Shown: piece after piece, positions 18,729-26,425 of the stretch | Numbering within the stretch: position 1 is the first letter of the stretch | How the letters are laid out: every line of letters starts with the position of its first letter | DNA from: Candidatus Methylomirabilales bacterium | GTDB taxonomy: Bacteria; Methylomirabilota; Methylomirabilia; Methylomirabilales; CSP1-5 | Reading direction: 5' to 3' | DNA: 64,000 bases | NCBI GenBank assembly: GCA_046758505.1 | Contig: JBHIAH010000003.1 | Location: 28,178 to 92,177, forward strand | Program-made: the position numbers and the translations under genes | Notes under the pieces: generated by a model | The model's input: only the letters and a program-made list of their open reading frames with translations | The model's database searches: none | Told to the model about the DNA's origin: nothing

Positions 18729-19692
18729 GGGATCGAGCGCCCCTGCTCTCTTCCGGAAGATCCCGCTGAATCTCGGGCGGCAGGGCAAAGACCACATCCT
18801 CCCTGATGCCGTCCAGCTCCTTCACCCCGCTCACACCCATCCGGTGGAAATAGTCGACCGCTTCCCGAACCAGATGCTCGGGGGCCGAGGCGCCCGCCGT
18901 AATGCCCACCGTCTGGACGCCCTCGAGCCACCCGGGTTCGATTTGGGAGACATCATCGATGAGATAAGCCCGCACCCCCACCGCCTCGGCCACCTCGACG
19001 AGCCGGTTCGAGTTCGAGCTGTTGGTCGAGCCGATGACGAGGAGCAGATCCACCACGCCGGTCATCTCTTTGACGGCCATCTGGCGATTCTGGGTGGCGT
19101 AGCAGATGTCATCCTTGGGCGGAAAGACGGCGGTCGGGAAACGCCGCCTTAGCACCGCGATGACCTCTCGCGTGTCGTCGATGCTCAACGTGGTCTGGGT
19201 GATGACCGCAACCCGATCCGGCTCCGGGATCTGCACCGCTTCCGCCTCCTCCACCGAACCGACCAGGAGCATCCGACCGGGGACATGGCCCATGGTGCCG
19301 ATCACCTCGTCGTGGCCGGCATGTCCCACCAGAATAATCCATCGCCCCTGTCGGGCAAATTTCAGGGCCTCGTGATGGACCTTGGTGACCAGCGGGCACG
19401 TGGCGTCGATGACCTGCAGTTGCTTGGCTGCCGCCTGGGCCCGGACCGCCGGGGAAATCCCGTGTGCACTGAAGATGACCCGGGCACCATCGGGCACCTC
19501 TTCCAGGTCATCCACAAACACCGCCCCGCGGCCGCGCAGCTCCTCGACCACGTGGGCGTTATGGACGATCTCCTTCCGGACATACACCGGGGTGCCGTAC
19601 AGCTCCAAGGCGAGATTCACGATATCGATTGCCCGGTCCACACCCGCGCAGAACCCGCGCGGCGCCGCCAAGATCACTCGTGTGAGACCCAT
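18712..19692 (-). CDS. ispH: 4-hydroxy-3-methylbut-2-enyl diphosphate reductase IspH/LytB
   Basis: The sequence from MGLTRVILAAPRGFCAGVDRAI onward matches IspH, with conserved Cys in FCAGV, ATCPLV and ICYATQNRQ. The start is set at the internal ATG 19692 to avoid overlapping the pfpI-like gene. Confidence 0.9.
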   Translation of the reverse strand: MGLTRVILAAPRGFCAGVDRAIDIVNLALELYGTPVYVRKEIVHNAHVVEELRGRGAVFVDDLEEVPDGARVIFSAHGISPAVRAQAAAKQLQVIDATCPLVTKVHHEALKFARQGRWIILVGHAGHDEVIGTMGHVPGRMLLVGSVEEAEAVQIPEPDRVAVITQTTLSIDDTREVIAVLRRRFPTAVFPPKDDICYATQNRQMAVKEMTGVVDLLLVIGSTNSSNSNRLVEVAEAVGVRAYLIDDVSQIEPGWLEGVQTVGITAGASAPEHLVREAVDYFHRMGVSGVKELDGIREDVVFALPPEIQRDLPEESRGARSLKVLG

Positions 19693-19711
19693 ACATCCCC
19701 CCGTGATATGG

Positions 19712-20239
19712 TCAGCCCGCCTTCTCCAGGGCCTTGACCAGCTCCCGGCAGAACGCGGGAAGATCGTCTGGCTTTCGAGAGGTGATGAGGTTGCCATCCA
19801 CCACCACCTCCTGGTCTACAAAGCGCGCCCCGGCATTCACCATATCGTCCCTGATGGAGAAAAAGCCGGTGACCGTCTTACCCCGGAGGATCCCCGCCGA
19901 GCAGAGGACCCAGCCGGCATGACAGATGGCCGCCACCACCCTGCCCGCCTCAAAGGCCTCCCTGACCAGGCGGACCATGGCCGCCGAACGTCGCATCAGG
20001 TCGGGCGCATAGCCTCCGGGAATGACCAGCGCATCAAAATCGGTCCCCGTGACCTCGTCGGCGGGCGCATCCACCGTGACCGGATAGCCATGTTTGCTGG
20101 TGACCGTCTTTGCCGCTGCTGTCCCGATGATCCTGACCGTCCCCCCTTCTTCCGTGAGCCGATAGTAGGGGACCCACAGCTCCATCTCCTGATAGAGGTT
20201 TTCGGCCAGGATCGCAATCCGCTTGCCCTGGAGCCGCAT
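19712..20239 (-). CDS. DJ-1/PfpI family protease/deglycase
   Basis: 175 aa with the nucleophile-elbow motif AAICHAGWVL and the ALVIPGG motif. A strong RBS (GGGGGGAGGAAAG) is present. Confidence 0.85.
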   Translation of the reverse strand: MRLQGKRIAILAENLYQEMELWVPYYRLTEEGGTVRIIGTAAAKTVTSKHGYPVTVDAPADEVTGTDFDALVIPGGYAPDLMRRSAAMVRLVREAFEAGRVVAAICHAGWVLCSAGILRGKTVTGFFSIRDDMVNAGARFVDQEVVVDGNLITSRKPDDLPAFCRELVKALEKAG

Positions 20240-20313
20240 TCTCGCTTTCCTCCCCCCCAGGAATCTGCTACGTATGTTAGACTGAGTCTAGCCGAGCCCC
20301 CCGGCAACGTCAA

Positions 20314-20655
20314 GTGCTTTCGGGGAGGGGCCTTAGACCCTGCGTCGCACAGGAGAGGACCGTGGACGTTGGCTTTCTCCGAGCGTCAGAGGGCTTATCC
20401 CGTATCCGGGTCTTCGGGTTCTGGCCGGCGGCCCAGGACCCCTTTGCCGATCACTTCACCATCTGGGTTCACGAGTTTCTCGGCGATGATCTCGAGGGAG
20501 AATCCCGCTTCCGCGCCGTCCCCATGGCCGGGCTCAAGCCGGCCAACCTGGAGTTTCACGGGGAAGGTCGAACGCTTGAAGAGGCGCTGGCCAAGGCGAT
20601 TAGCCCGATGCGGGGCAAATCGATGAAAGAGATCTTCTTCCCGCCGGCGGAGTGA
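20314..20655 (+). CDS. hypothetical protein
   Basis: 113-aa ORF with a GTG start and no competing ORF of better quality. No domain recognised and the start is uncertain. Confidence 0.3.
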   Translation: MLSGRGLRPCVAQERTVDVGFLRASEGLSRIRVFGFWPAAQDPFADHFTIWVHEFLGDDLEGESRFRAVPMAGLKPANLEFHGEGRTLEEALAKAISPMRGKSMKEIFFPPAE

Positions 20656-20850
20656 CCCGCCGCCATCCAACGGCTGGAGCCGGCAGCCGTGCCTCGCTGA
20701 CCGATGAAGGCAAGAACGACGGTGTCTTTGCGGTCATCGGTCGGCGGTCGTCGGTCCCACCCCACGCTGTATGCCCCGGGTCGTGCGTTCTTCGGCGTCA
20801 TCCACGCGTACAACCGTTCCGTATCTTCCCGCCGACCGCTTCCTCTCTTC

Positions 20851-21345
20851 CTAGTCCGCTCCCCGTGCGCCCAACTGCTTATCCAACATCAACAGCGCGG
20901 CGGGCTGGTCTCCGATCATCGTTAGCTGCTCCACAATGTCGCCGGCCGTTCGCTCTTCCTCGACCTGCTCGGTGATGAACCACTGGAGCATCACCTGGGT
21001 CGCGTAGTCATTCTCTTTGGCCGCCAGCTCGTACAGGTGGTGGATCATGCCGGTCACCTTCCGCTCGTGCTCCAACGCCTGCTGGAACACATCCACCGCC
21101 GACTTGAACTGTGCAGGCGGTTGCTCCACGGCCTGGAGGACGACGCGGGCCCCCCGCCCTTGGATAAAGTCGAACAGCTTCATCGCGTGCGACGCTTCCT
21201 CCTCGCTCTGCACGCGCATCCACCGCGCACAGCCCTGCAGGTGAACCGTCTCGAAGTGGGCCGCCATCGAGAGGTACAGATACGCGGAGTAAAACTCATG
21301 CTTGATCTGGGTATTGATCGCATCCTGGAGCGCCTTGCTCAACAT
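20851..21345 (-). CDS. ferritin (non-heme, Ftn-type)
   Basis: 164 aa with ferroxidase-centre residues in context (KHEFYSAYLYLSMAAHF, SEEEASHAMKLFDF, ALEHERKVT, QWFITEQVEEE). RBS AAAGGAGAGGAA. Confidence 0.85.
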   Translation of the reverse strand: MLSKALQDAINTQIKHEFYSAYLYLSMAAHFETVHLQGCARWMRVQSEEEASHAMKLFDFIQGRGARVVLQAVEQPPAQFKSAVDVFQQALEHERKVTGMIHHLYELAAKENDYATQVMLQWFITEQVEEERTAGDIVEQLTMIGDQPAALLMLDKQLGARGAD

Positions 21346-21420
21346 GGGTATTCCTCTCCTTTCCGTGAAAGAGGTTTCGTGCGTCCTGGCTAGGTCCGCT
21401 GTCGGGTGCGCCGTCCCCTC

Positions 21421-21528
21421 ATTTCAAATTTTCGATGTCGGATTTCGAATTGAAAGCCAGCCGTACTCTTGCCCAATCCTAAATGCGCAATCCCCGATCC
21501 GAAATTCGCGGAGCTGATTGCTAACAGC
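21421..21528 (+). repeat. mosaic intergenic repeat, module C-D element, copy 1
   Basis: TCGGATTTCGAATT...AATCC.AAAT.CGCAAT.CCC.A.T.CGAAATTCG.GG.GCTGAT.GCT.ACAGC. By hand alignment it is about 77% identical to 37816-37904. It lies between two tandem minus-strand genes. Confidence 0.75.
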
Positions 21529-21541
21529 TTCCCCCGCCGAC

Positions 21542-22432
21542 CTACGAGGGGGGAACCACCTGCAACAGCAGAAAGGCCTGGGCCTCCTTGGAGAGAGGGT
21601 ACGGCACCAGTCCCACGGGACCTAGCCACGTGTTGTACAAGGCAATATACTTCCGACTCTCGATCGCCTCCATCAAGGTGTGATTCACGAGATCCCGAAA
21701 TCGCGAGTCATTTTCCCGCATGGCAAAGGCGTAAGGCTCATAGCTGATGGGGTCGCCCACGATCCGCCAGGCGGCCGGATCCCCCGCGGTGACCTTTAGG
21801 CCGGCCAGGACAACCCCGTCGTTGGTATAGGCATCGATCGTGCCGGCCTGGAGCGCCTGGAACCCCCGGGAGGCACTATCGTACAACACCAGGCGCGCCC
21901 GAGGCTCCAGCTTCTGAATGGTGTCCGCATTTGTCGTCCCTCGGTCCGCGCCCACTCGCTTTCCCACCAGATTCGCATGGCTCTGAATCCGGCTGTCGCC
22001 CCGGACCAGCAGTTGTTGGCCCGTGACGAACACCGTGATGGAAAAATCCACCAGTCGGTCGCGCTCACGGGTATTGGTCATGACTTCCGCGATCATGTCC
22101 ACCGTCCCGTCCCGGAGCCGGGGAATCCGCGTGGCAGGGGTGACCCGGACGAACTTTAACTCGACCAGGTGCCCCAGCTCCCGCTCCACCCGCTGGCGGA
22201 CCATCCGGGCCAGGGCGACCGAAAATCCCTGCCACTCGCCCCGATTATTCCGAACGGAAAAGGGAATGGCATCCGGCTGGGTGCCGACCGTGAAAACGCC
22301 CGTTCGTGCAATCCTTGTCAGGGTCGGCTCGTCGCGAGACGACCGTGGCTCTTCCCCGCCAGGCCTGGCACTGGCACACGAGGAGAGTCCCAGCGCCACG
22401 CCTACCGCCAAGACCCATGTCCATCGCCACAT
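21542..22432 (-). CDS. periplasmic amino-acid ABC substrate-binding protein (family 3)
   Basis: 296 aa with a lipoprotein-like signal (LGLSSCAS) and SBP_bac_3-like sequence (FTVGTQPDAIPFS, DMIAEVMTNTRERDRLVDFS). Confidence 0.75.
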   Translation of the reverse strand: MWRWTWVLAVGVALGLSSCASARPGGEEPRSSRDEPTLTRIARTGVFTVGTQPDAIPFSVRNNRGEWQGFSVALARMVRQRVERELGHLVELKFVRVTPATRIPRLRDGTVDMIAEVMTNTRERDRLVDFSITVFVTGQQLLVRGDSRIQSHANLVGKRVGADRGTTNADTIQKLEPRARLVLYDSASRGFQALQAGTIDAYTNDGVVLAGLKVTAGDPAAWRIVGDPISYEPYAFAMRENDSRFRDLVNHTLMEAIESRKYIALYNTWLGPVGLVPYPLSKEAQAFLLLQVVPPS

Positions 22433-23082
22433 GATTTCCTCCTACCCTTCTTCTGTCACTGCGCAGAAGTTGGACCCCACGGGGGCCGCCAAGGGATGAC
22501 GAGTTCCTTATAACCCTACCTCCCCGAGCGGGAACAGGCCAGCACTAAATTCAATCGCATTCTGCCTCGCGAGCTGAACTTATCGCGCCTTCTCCCACAC
22601 CTTTCACTCTTCAAAGCCTGCCATTTGAAGCCTGTGGCCATCAACGGGGGGCTTGGAACGCCCACCCCTCGGCTGAAGGATCATGAGTAAGCGCCGAAGG
22701 CCTCCCTTGCTCAATTTTCAATGGCCAAAAGCCCCTATCGGGCATGCCGGACTGATCCCGGGTCAGCGCACCCGTCGGTGGCCAGTCCGCTCAGGCCCAG
22801 GGAGGATTTGGAGCTCCACCACGGTAATTGACCGAGACAACGCTTTGATACAACTTCCGCGGTACGGCAGCCAGGAAATCACACGGACACGCCAATGATC
22901 TTGCTTCAGGGGACTCGTAACATTCCTCGATCCCAGATCAACCTATACCAATCAGTACCGAAAAGTTCTTCGGCCCCCCCGTAGGATCTGCGGGGGGTCG
23001 GAAGAGGGCTGGTCGGCGGCAAGGGCTTTCTGCAAGATTGCAATGAGGGAGAGTAAAATGCGACCACCGGCAAAACGATACA

Positions 23083-23304
23083 CTAGAGCGAGACGAGGCG
23101 GTGCTTGATGGCATACCGGATCAATGCGGCGTTGGTGCGGAGGTCCAGGTCCGCCATCAGCCGGTACTTGTGATATTCCACCGTTCGGGGGGATATCTTC
23201 AGCAGGGCGCCGATCTCCCTGGCGGAGCGCCCCTCGGCCACCAACCGCAGCACCTCCCGTTGCCGGGGCGTGAGCTTCAGAGCTGTCTTCTGCCTTGCGC
23301 TCAT
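23083..23304 (-). CDS. stand-alone LuxR/NarL-type HTH domain protein (no receiver domain)
   Basis: 73 aa. LTPRQREVLRLVAEGRSAREIGALLKISPRTVEYHKYRLMADLDLRTNAALIRYAIKH closely parallels the C-terminal HTH of the full-length regulator at 27315-27956. RBS GGTGGAG. Confidence 0.75.
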   Translation of the reverse strand: MSARQKTALKLTPRQREVLRLVAEGRSAREIGALLKISPRTVEYHKYRLMADLDLRTNAALIRYAIKHRLVSL

Positions 23305-23438
23305 TGTCTACTCCACCAAAGCAGGTCGGATCACACCATGCCGTCTGCACCCTCTCGTGATTCTGGCGCGGAAGGGCGACTGACGCTTAAGCCGGCACGC
23401 CCAGCTCCCCACCCGCAACTCTTGCCCTGTACGCCCGT

Positions 23439-23675
23439 TTATTCGAGCTCGTCAATGCTGTATGCGATGGGGGTCCCCCACCATCCTTCACTTTTGGCCT
23501 GCTTCATTTCCGCTTGGGTCAACGCAGGTTTCTCCCCACCGCGCAGGGAATACTGCGCATGGGTCCACGAGGCAAAGTGGGGGCCGCCTGGCGGAATCCC
23601 GGTGCTGTTCGCACAGGCGCTGACACCTCCGGCCATGATGAGTCCCAGTATCACGAAGCCAACTTTCTTCCGCAT
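23439..23675 (-). CDS. small putative lipoprotein
   Basis: The start is set at the internal ATG 23675 (MRKKVGFVILGLIMAGGVSACANS is a signal peptide plus lipobox-like GVSAC), preceded by GGAGGGGGAT. 78 aa. Confidence 0.5.
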   Translation of the reverse strand: MRKKVGFVILGLIMAGGVSACANSTGIPPGGPHFASWTHAQYSLRGGEKPALTQAEMKQAKSEGWWGTPIAYSIDELE

Positions 23676-23763
23676 GATCCCCCTCCTCTGTCGATCCTCC
23701 TGCGCCCTTGGGTTCGTGCAATCCCACACGACCTCAGGCTAGCTCTGGCACATCGCCCGCAGC

Positions 23764-23805
23764 AACTCGTAGAATTACGAGTTTTTTGGAAATCACTTAC
23801 GAGGG
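23764..23805 (-). promoter_or_regulatory. conserved 42-bp motif, copy 1 (CCTCGTAA-N15-C.CGTA.-N5-CG.GTT), 88 nt upstream of the lipoprotein gene
   Basis: The minus-strand reading is CCCTCGTAAGTGATTTCCAAAAAACTCGTAATTCTACGAGTT. It matches copy 2 at 32/42 positions, and 23/42 positions are invariant across all three copies. Confidence 0.5.
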
Positions 23806-23854
23806 CCTGGAAGACCCGTGAGGCCGGGCGGGCCTGGTAGGCCAAATGAGGAAC

Positions 23855-24268
23855 CTACGGCGTTCGCCCCTCGTGATCCCTCACGGCCGGGGAGACGTAC
23901 GTGCGGCCTTGGAGGACCTCGCGGACCGCCGGGATCAAATCGGTAGCCACGGACCGCTTGAGGACAAAACCCACAGCGCCTGAGGCCAGGGCCTCCTTCA
24001 CTACCGCCGGTTCGTCATAAACGCTCAGCAGGATGACTTTGAGTTCTGGGTTGCGGCTCTTGAGGCGACGCGCAATGTTGCCATCCTTGGAGACCGGGAG
24101 TGAGAGATCCACCACGGCGAGGCCCGGATTGAACATATCTACGGACTCAAACAGCGATTCGTCGTCGGTGACCATCACCACCACCGGAAACATGGTTTCC
24201 AATAGATCCCTGATCCCTTCGAGCATGTTCCGGTGGCGATCTGCGACGAGCACGCGGCCCGGTTTCAT
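23855..24268 (-). CDS. stand-alone response-regulator receiver (REC-only) protein, NarL-family type
   Basis: 137 aa. It aligns with the receiver of 27315-27956 (RVLVADRHRNMLEG vs RVLLADDHRIVVEG; phospho-acceptor context AVVDLSLP; LQGRTYVSP vs LRGRTYVTP) and ends where the linker/HTH should begin. Confidence 0.8.
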   Translation of the reverse strand: MKPGRVLVADRHRNMLEGIRDLLETMFPVVVMVTDDESLFESVDMFNPGLAVVDLSLPVSKDGNIARRLKSRNPELKVILLSVYDEPAVVKEALASGAVGFVLKRSVATDLIPAVREVLQGRTYVSPAVRDHEGRTP

Positions 24269-24317
24269 CGTTGTCCCCGTTTTTTTTGATCGGGCGTCGG
24301 ACAGACCCAGGGTGACG

Positions 24318-24503
24318 TCACCGAAGCGCCGTGGCCCGTCGGGATGAACTCGCGAAGGCGTGATGCTTAGGAGTTCCCTCGCGCGGCAAGTTCCGCCTCC
24401 GCTTACACCGAGGACAGATCCACACCGGTACTATGGTTCGGGAATGCGGGCCGAGGACCATGTAGGTCCGCCGGCATCGCGAACAGCTTGCCAAAAGAGG
24501 CAT
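24318..24503 (-). CDS. small CxxC...CxxC zinc-ribbon protein (hypothetical)
   Basis: This is the 61-aa sub-ORF MPLLASCSRCRRTYMVLGPHSRTIVPVWICPRCKRRRN... A strong SD (GGGAGGGGGG) sits 5 nt upstream of the ATG at 24503, and the ORF lies 143 nt downstream of motif copy 2. No homology evidence. Confidence 0.3.
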   Translation of the reverse strand: MPLLASCSRCRRTYMVLGPHSRTIVPVWICPRCKRRRNLPREGTPKHHAFASSSRRATALR

Positions 24504-24646
24504 CCGTTCCCCCCTCCCTTCTCTGGATGACAACGACCAACGGGCAATATCATGGTCTCCCAGGGGGTCCCCAACCCTGCGACTCCTCGAAGCCGGACAT
24601 CGGGGCGGGGTGCAATAGGACGATACGCAAGAGGGACGCCCCTCAC

Positions 24647-24688
24647 AACTCGTGAATGTACGGGTTTTTTGAAGATTATTTACGAGGT
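24647..24688 (-). promoter_or_regulatory. conserved 42-bp motif, copy 2
   Basis: The minus-strand reading is ACCTCGTAAATAATCTTCAAAAAACCCGTACATTCACGAGTT. It has the same orientation relative to its downstream minus-strand ORFs as copy 1. Confidence 0.5.
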
Positions 24689-25124
24689 CCCAGACCATCC
24701 CGGAAGGTCGGAGCGTCCTCGGAGGCGATTGTAATGTAATCGGTAAGAATCCTGCGTGGCTGACCGTACAACGGTTCAGCCGCCTGCCTGAAGGTACAAG
24801 TCCTCCGCCACTTGACAACTGGATTGGCCTCTGGTAATGAATCTCCCGCCGGATGCCGCCCCTACGAGACATTGGCAGTCAGAGAACGCCCATACAGAGG
24901 TCGGTCGCGGAGAGGTGACAACTTCTCGCCGCTCTCCCACGGCGTGGGGACCGGTTTCCTCGGAATCGGGGTCGCGCTTCCCATTGTGACCGGATGTGTG
25001 GGCTCGCCGCTCGGGCATCGGTGTGTAAATACATCCAGCCAAGGGTTCCGGTCCGGCGAAGGGTCTGTGGAGCCGACCGGGCGTTGCGTTCGTTTGTGGA
25101 CCGCGCCCTCTATGCGAGGAGCGA

Positions 25125-25970
25125 ATGATGCATTTAAGGTTCGATCCTGTCGCCCGGGTCGACAATATCAGTCGGGCTGACTTCCAGCGCGGATTCCTCG
25201 AGCCCCATCGTCCGGTGGTCATCAGGGATCTCGCCGCGTCATGGCCCGCCCTGAAAAAATGGTCCCCCCACTATTTCAAAGAACAATACGGCCAGACACG
25301 GGTCAGGGTGTACGATGCCAGCTTTATAGAACCGGGCCAAACTTACATGTCCAATGTGCAATACCTCTCGCTCGAACATTATCTCGATCTCGTCCTCACC
25401 ACATCCATGGACCTGCGGATGTTTTTGTACAACATTATGAGTGAGATTCCAGAACTCAAGGACGACATCATTTTCCCTCCGATTGCAACGGGCTTTTCCA
25501 GGAGATTCATCTTCATGTTCTTCGGCTGTCGGGGATCAGTCACGCCCATGCATTATGACATCGACATGGCCCATGTATTTCACACGCCGATCTACGGGAA
25601 GAAAAGGGTGATGCTCTTCCCGCATGGCGAATCGAAAAATCTGTACCGGCATCCGTTCACCACACGCAGTTACGTCGACGTGGATAAGCCCGATTTTCAC
25701 ACATTCCCGAGATTGAAAAATGTCAAGGGCTCGCAGGTCCTCCTGGAACCTGGCGAAACGCTATTCATCCCGAGTGGCTACTGGCATCACATCGTGTACG
25801 AAGAAGGGGGGTACGCGGTATCCCTGCGCTCTCCTCACCAGTCCCTGGCAAAGCGGATGGAAGGCGTCTTGAATCTTGGCGTCATGTCCCCGATCGACAG
25901 AATCATGAACACGATCCTCTCCGACGCGTGGTTTCGTTGGAAGGAGCGAAAAGCTCGCGAAGCAGCCTGA
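25125..25970 (+). CDS. JmjC/cupin-like (Cupin_8) putative 2-oxoglutarate/Fe(II) oxygenase
   Basis: 281 aa with the N-terminal FxxxFLxPxxPVVIRDLAxxWPALxKW signature of bacterial JmjC-like cupins and HYD...H metal ligand candidates (TPMHYDIDMAHVFH, GYWHHIV). GC is visibly lower than in the flanks. Confidence 0.7.
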   Translation: MMHLRFDPVARVDNISRADFQRGFLEPHRPVVIRDLAASWPALKKWSPHYFKEQYGQTRVRVYDASFIEPGQTYMSNVQYLSLEHYLDLVLTTSMDLRMFLYNIMSEIPELKDDIIFPPIATGFSRRFIFMFFGCRGSVTPMHYDIDMAHVFHTPIYGKKRVMLFPHGESKNLYRHPFTTRSYVDVDKPDFHTFPRLKNVKGSQVLLEPGETLFIPSGYWHHIVYEEGGYAVSLRSPHQSLAKRMEGVLNLGVMSPIDRIMNTILSDAWFRWKERKAREAA

Positions 25971-26021
25971 AGATCACCCGTCCACCACCCCCGGGTGCCA
26001 GATCCCTACCGATCTCTGAAC

Positions 26022-26063
26022 ACCTCGTAAATTTTACATAGAATGCCCGTAATGGTGCGGGTT
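26022..26063 (+). promoter_or_regulatory. conserved 42-bp motif, copy 3 (plus-strand orientation, upstream of hydrolase gene)
   Basis: ACCTCGTAAATTTTACATAGAATGCCCGTAATGGTGCGGGTT. It matches copy 2 at 26/42 positions, with the cores CCTCGTAA and CCCGTAA 22 bp apart. Confidence 0.45.
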
Positions 26064-26425
26064 ACCGCTGTTCCCCCCCTGCACTAGGGGCACCAGGCGT
26101 CTGCCCCGAGAAGTGGGCCATGGTTACGATCCCGGAGACCTCAGACGCCCAGAGAACTGATGTCTCGCGGTTTTCTCACCAAGTCCGGCCATTCCCCCTA
26201 TCGGCAAGTAGGCGAAAACGTGCTTGTTCGACAGCCCCTTGGCACGAAACTCGCACTTTACCAGGGCACGTTCCGACGTCTCGTATCCAAAACAGACTGG
26301 CACTACCATACGTCCTGCCCGTCCACCAGACCAGCCCCCCTCAAACGGTGTGGGCAGGGATAGGGCAAGGACACGGGTCTCTTGATAGAACATCACCGGC
26401 GGCATCTCGATCGGGGAGCTGTTCG

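Noticed and set aside
22433-23082. A 650-bp gene-free stretch with a small ORF (22683-22898) and a G/C hairpin near 22975-22998. I checked it for ncRNA, a riboswitch or a tRNA.
   Set aside because: I could recognise no cloverleaf or known riboswitch core, and the ORF is Arg/Pro-rich with no RBS. The hairpin may be the terminator of the HTH-only gene but lacks a clear U-tract.
23741-23760. A TGGCAC sequence suggesting a sigma-54 promoter.
   Set aside because: The required TTGC element is absent at the -12 spacing, and the orientation does not face a supported gene.
23764-23789. The palindrome AACTCGTA-GAAT-TACGAGTT followed by TTTTTT, read as a plus-strand rho-independent terminator.
   Set aside because: No credible plus-strand gene ends upstream of it, and the stem is short and AT-rich. 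Conservation also extends about 20 nt beyond the hairpin in all three copies, which fits a protein-binding or promoter element better.
26124-26405. A 93-aa minus-strand ORF in the JmjC-hydrolase spacer, considered as a gene remnant.
   Set aside because: No recognisable domain, no RBS, and it overlaps the in-frame upstream extension of the hydrolase ORF. Evidence is insufficient either way.
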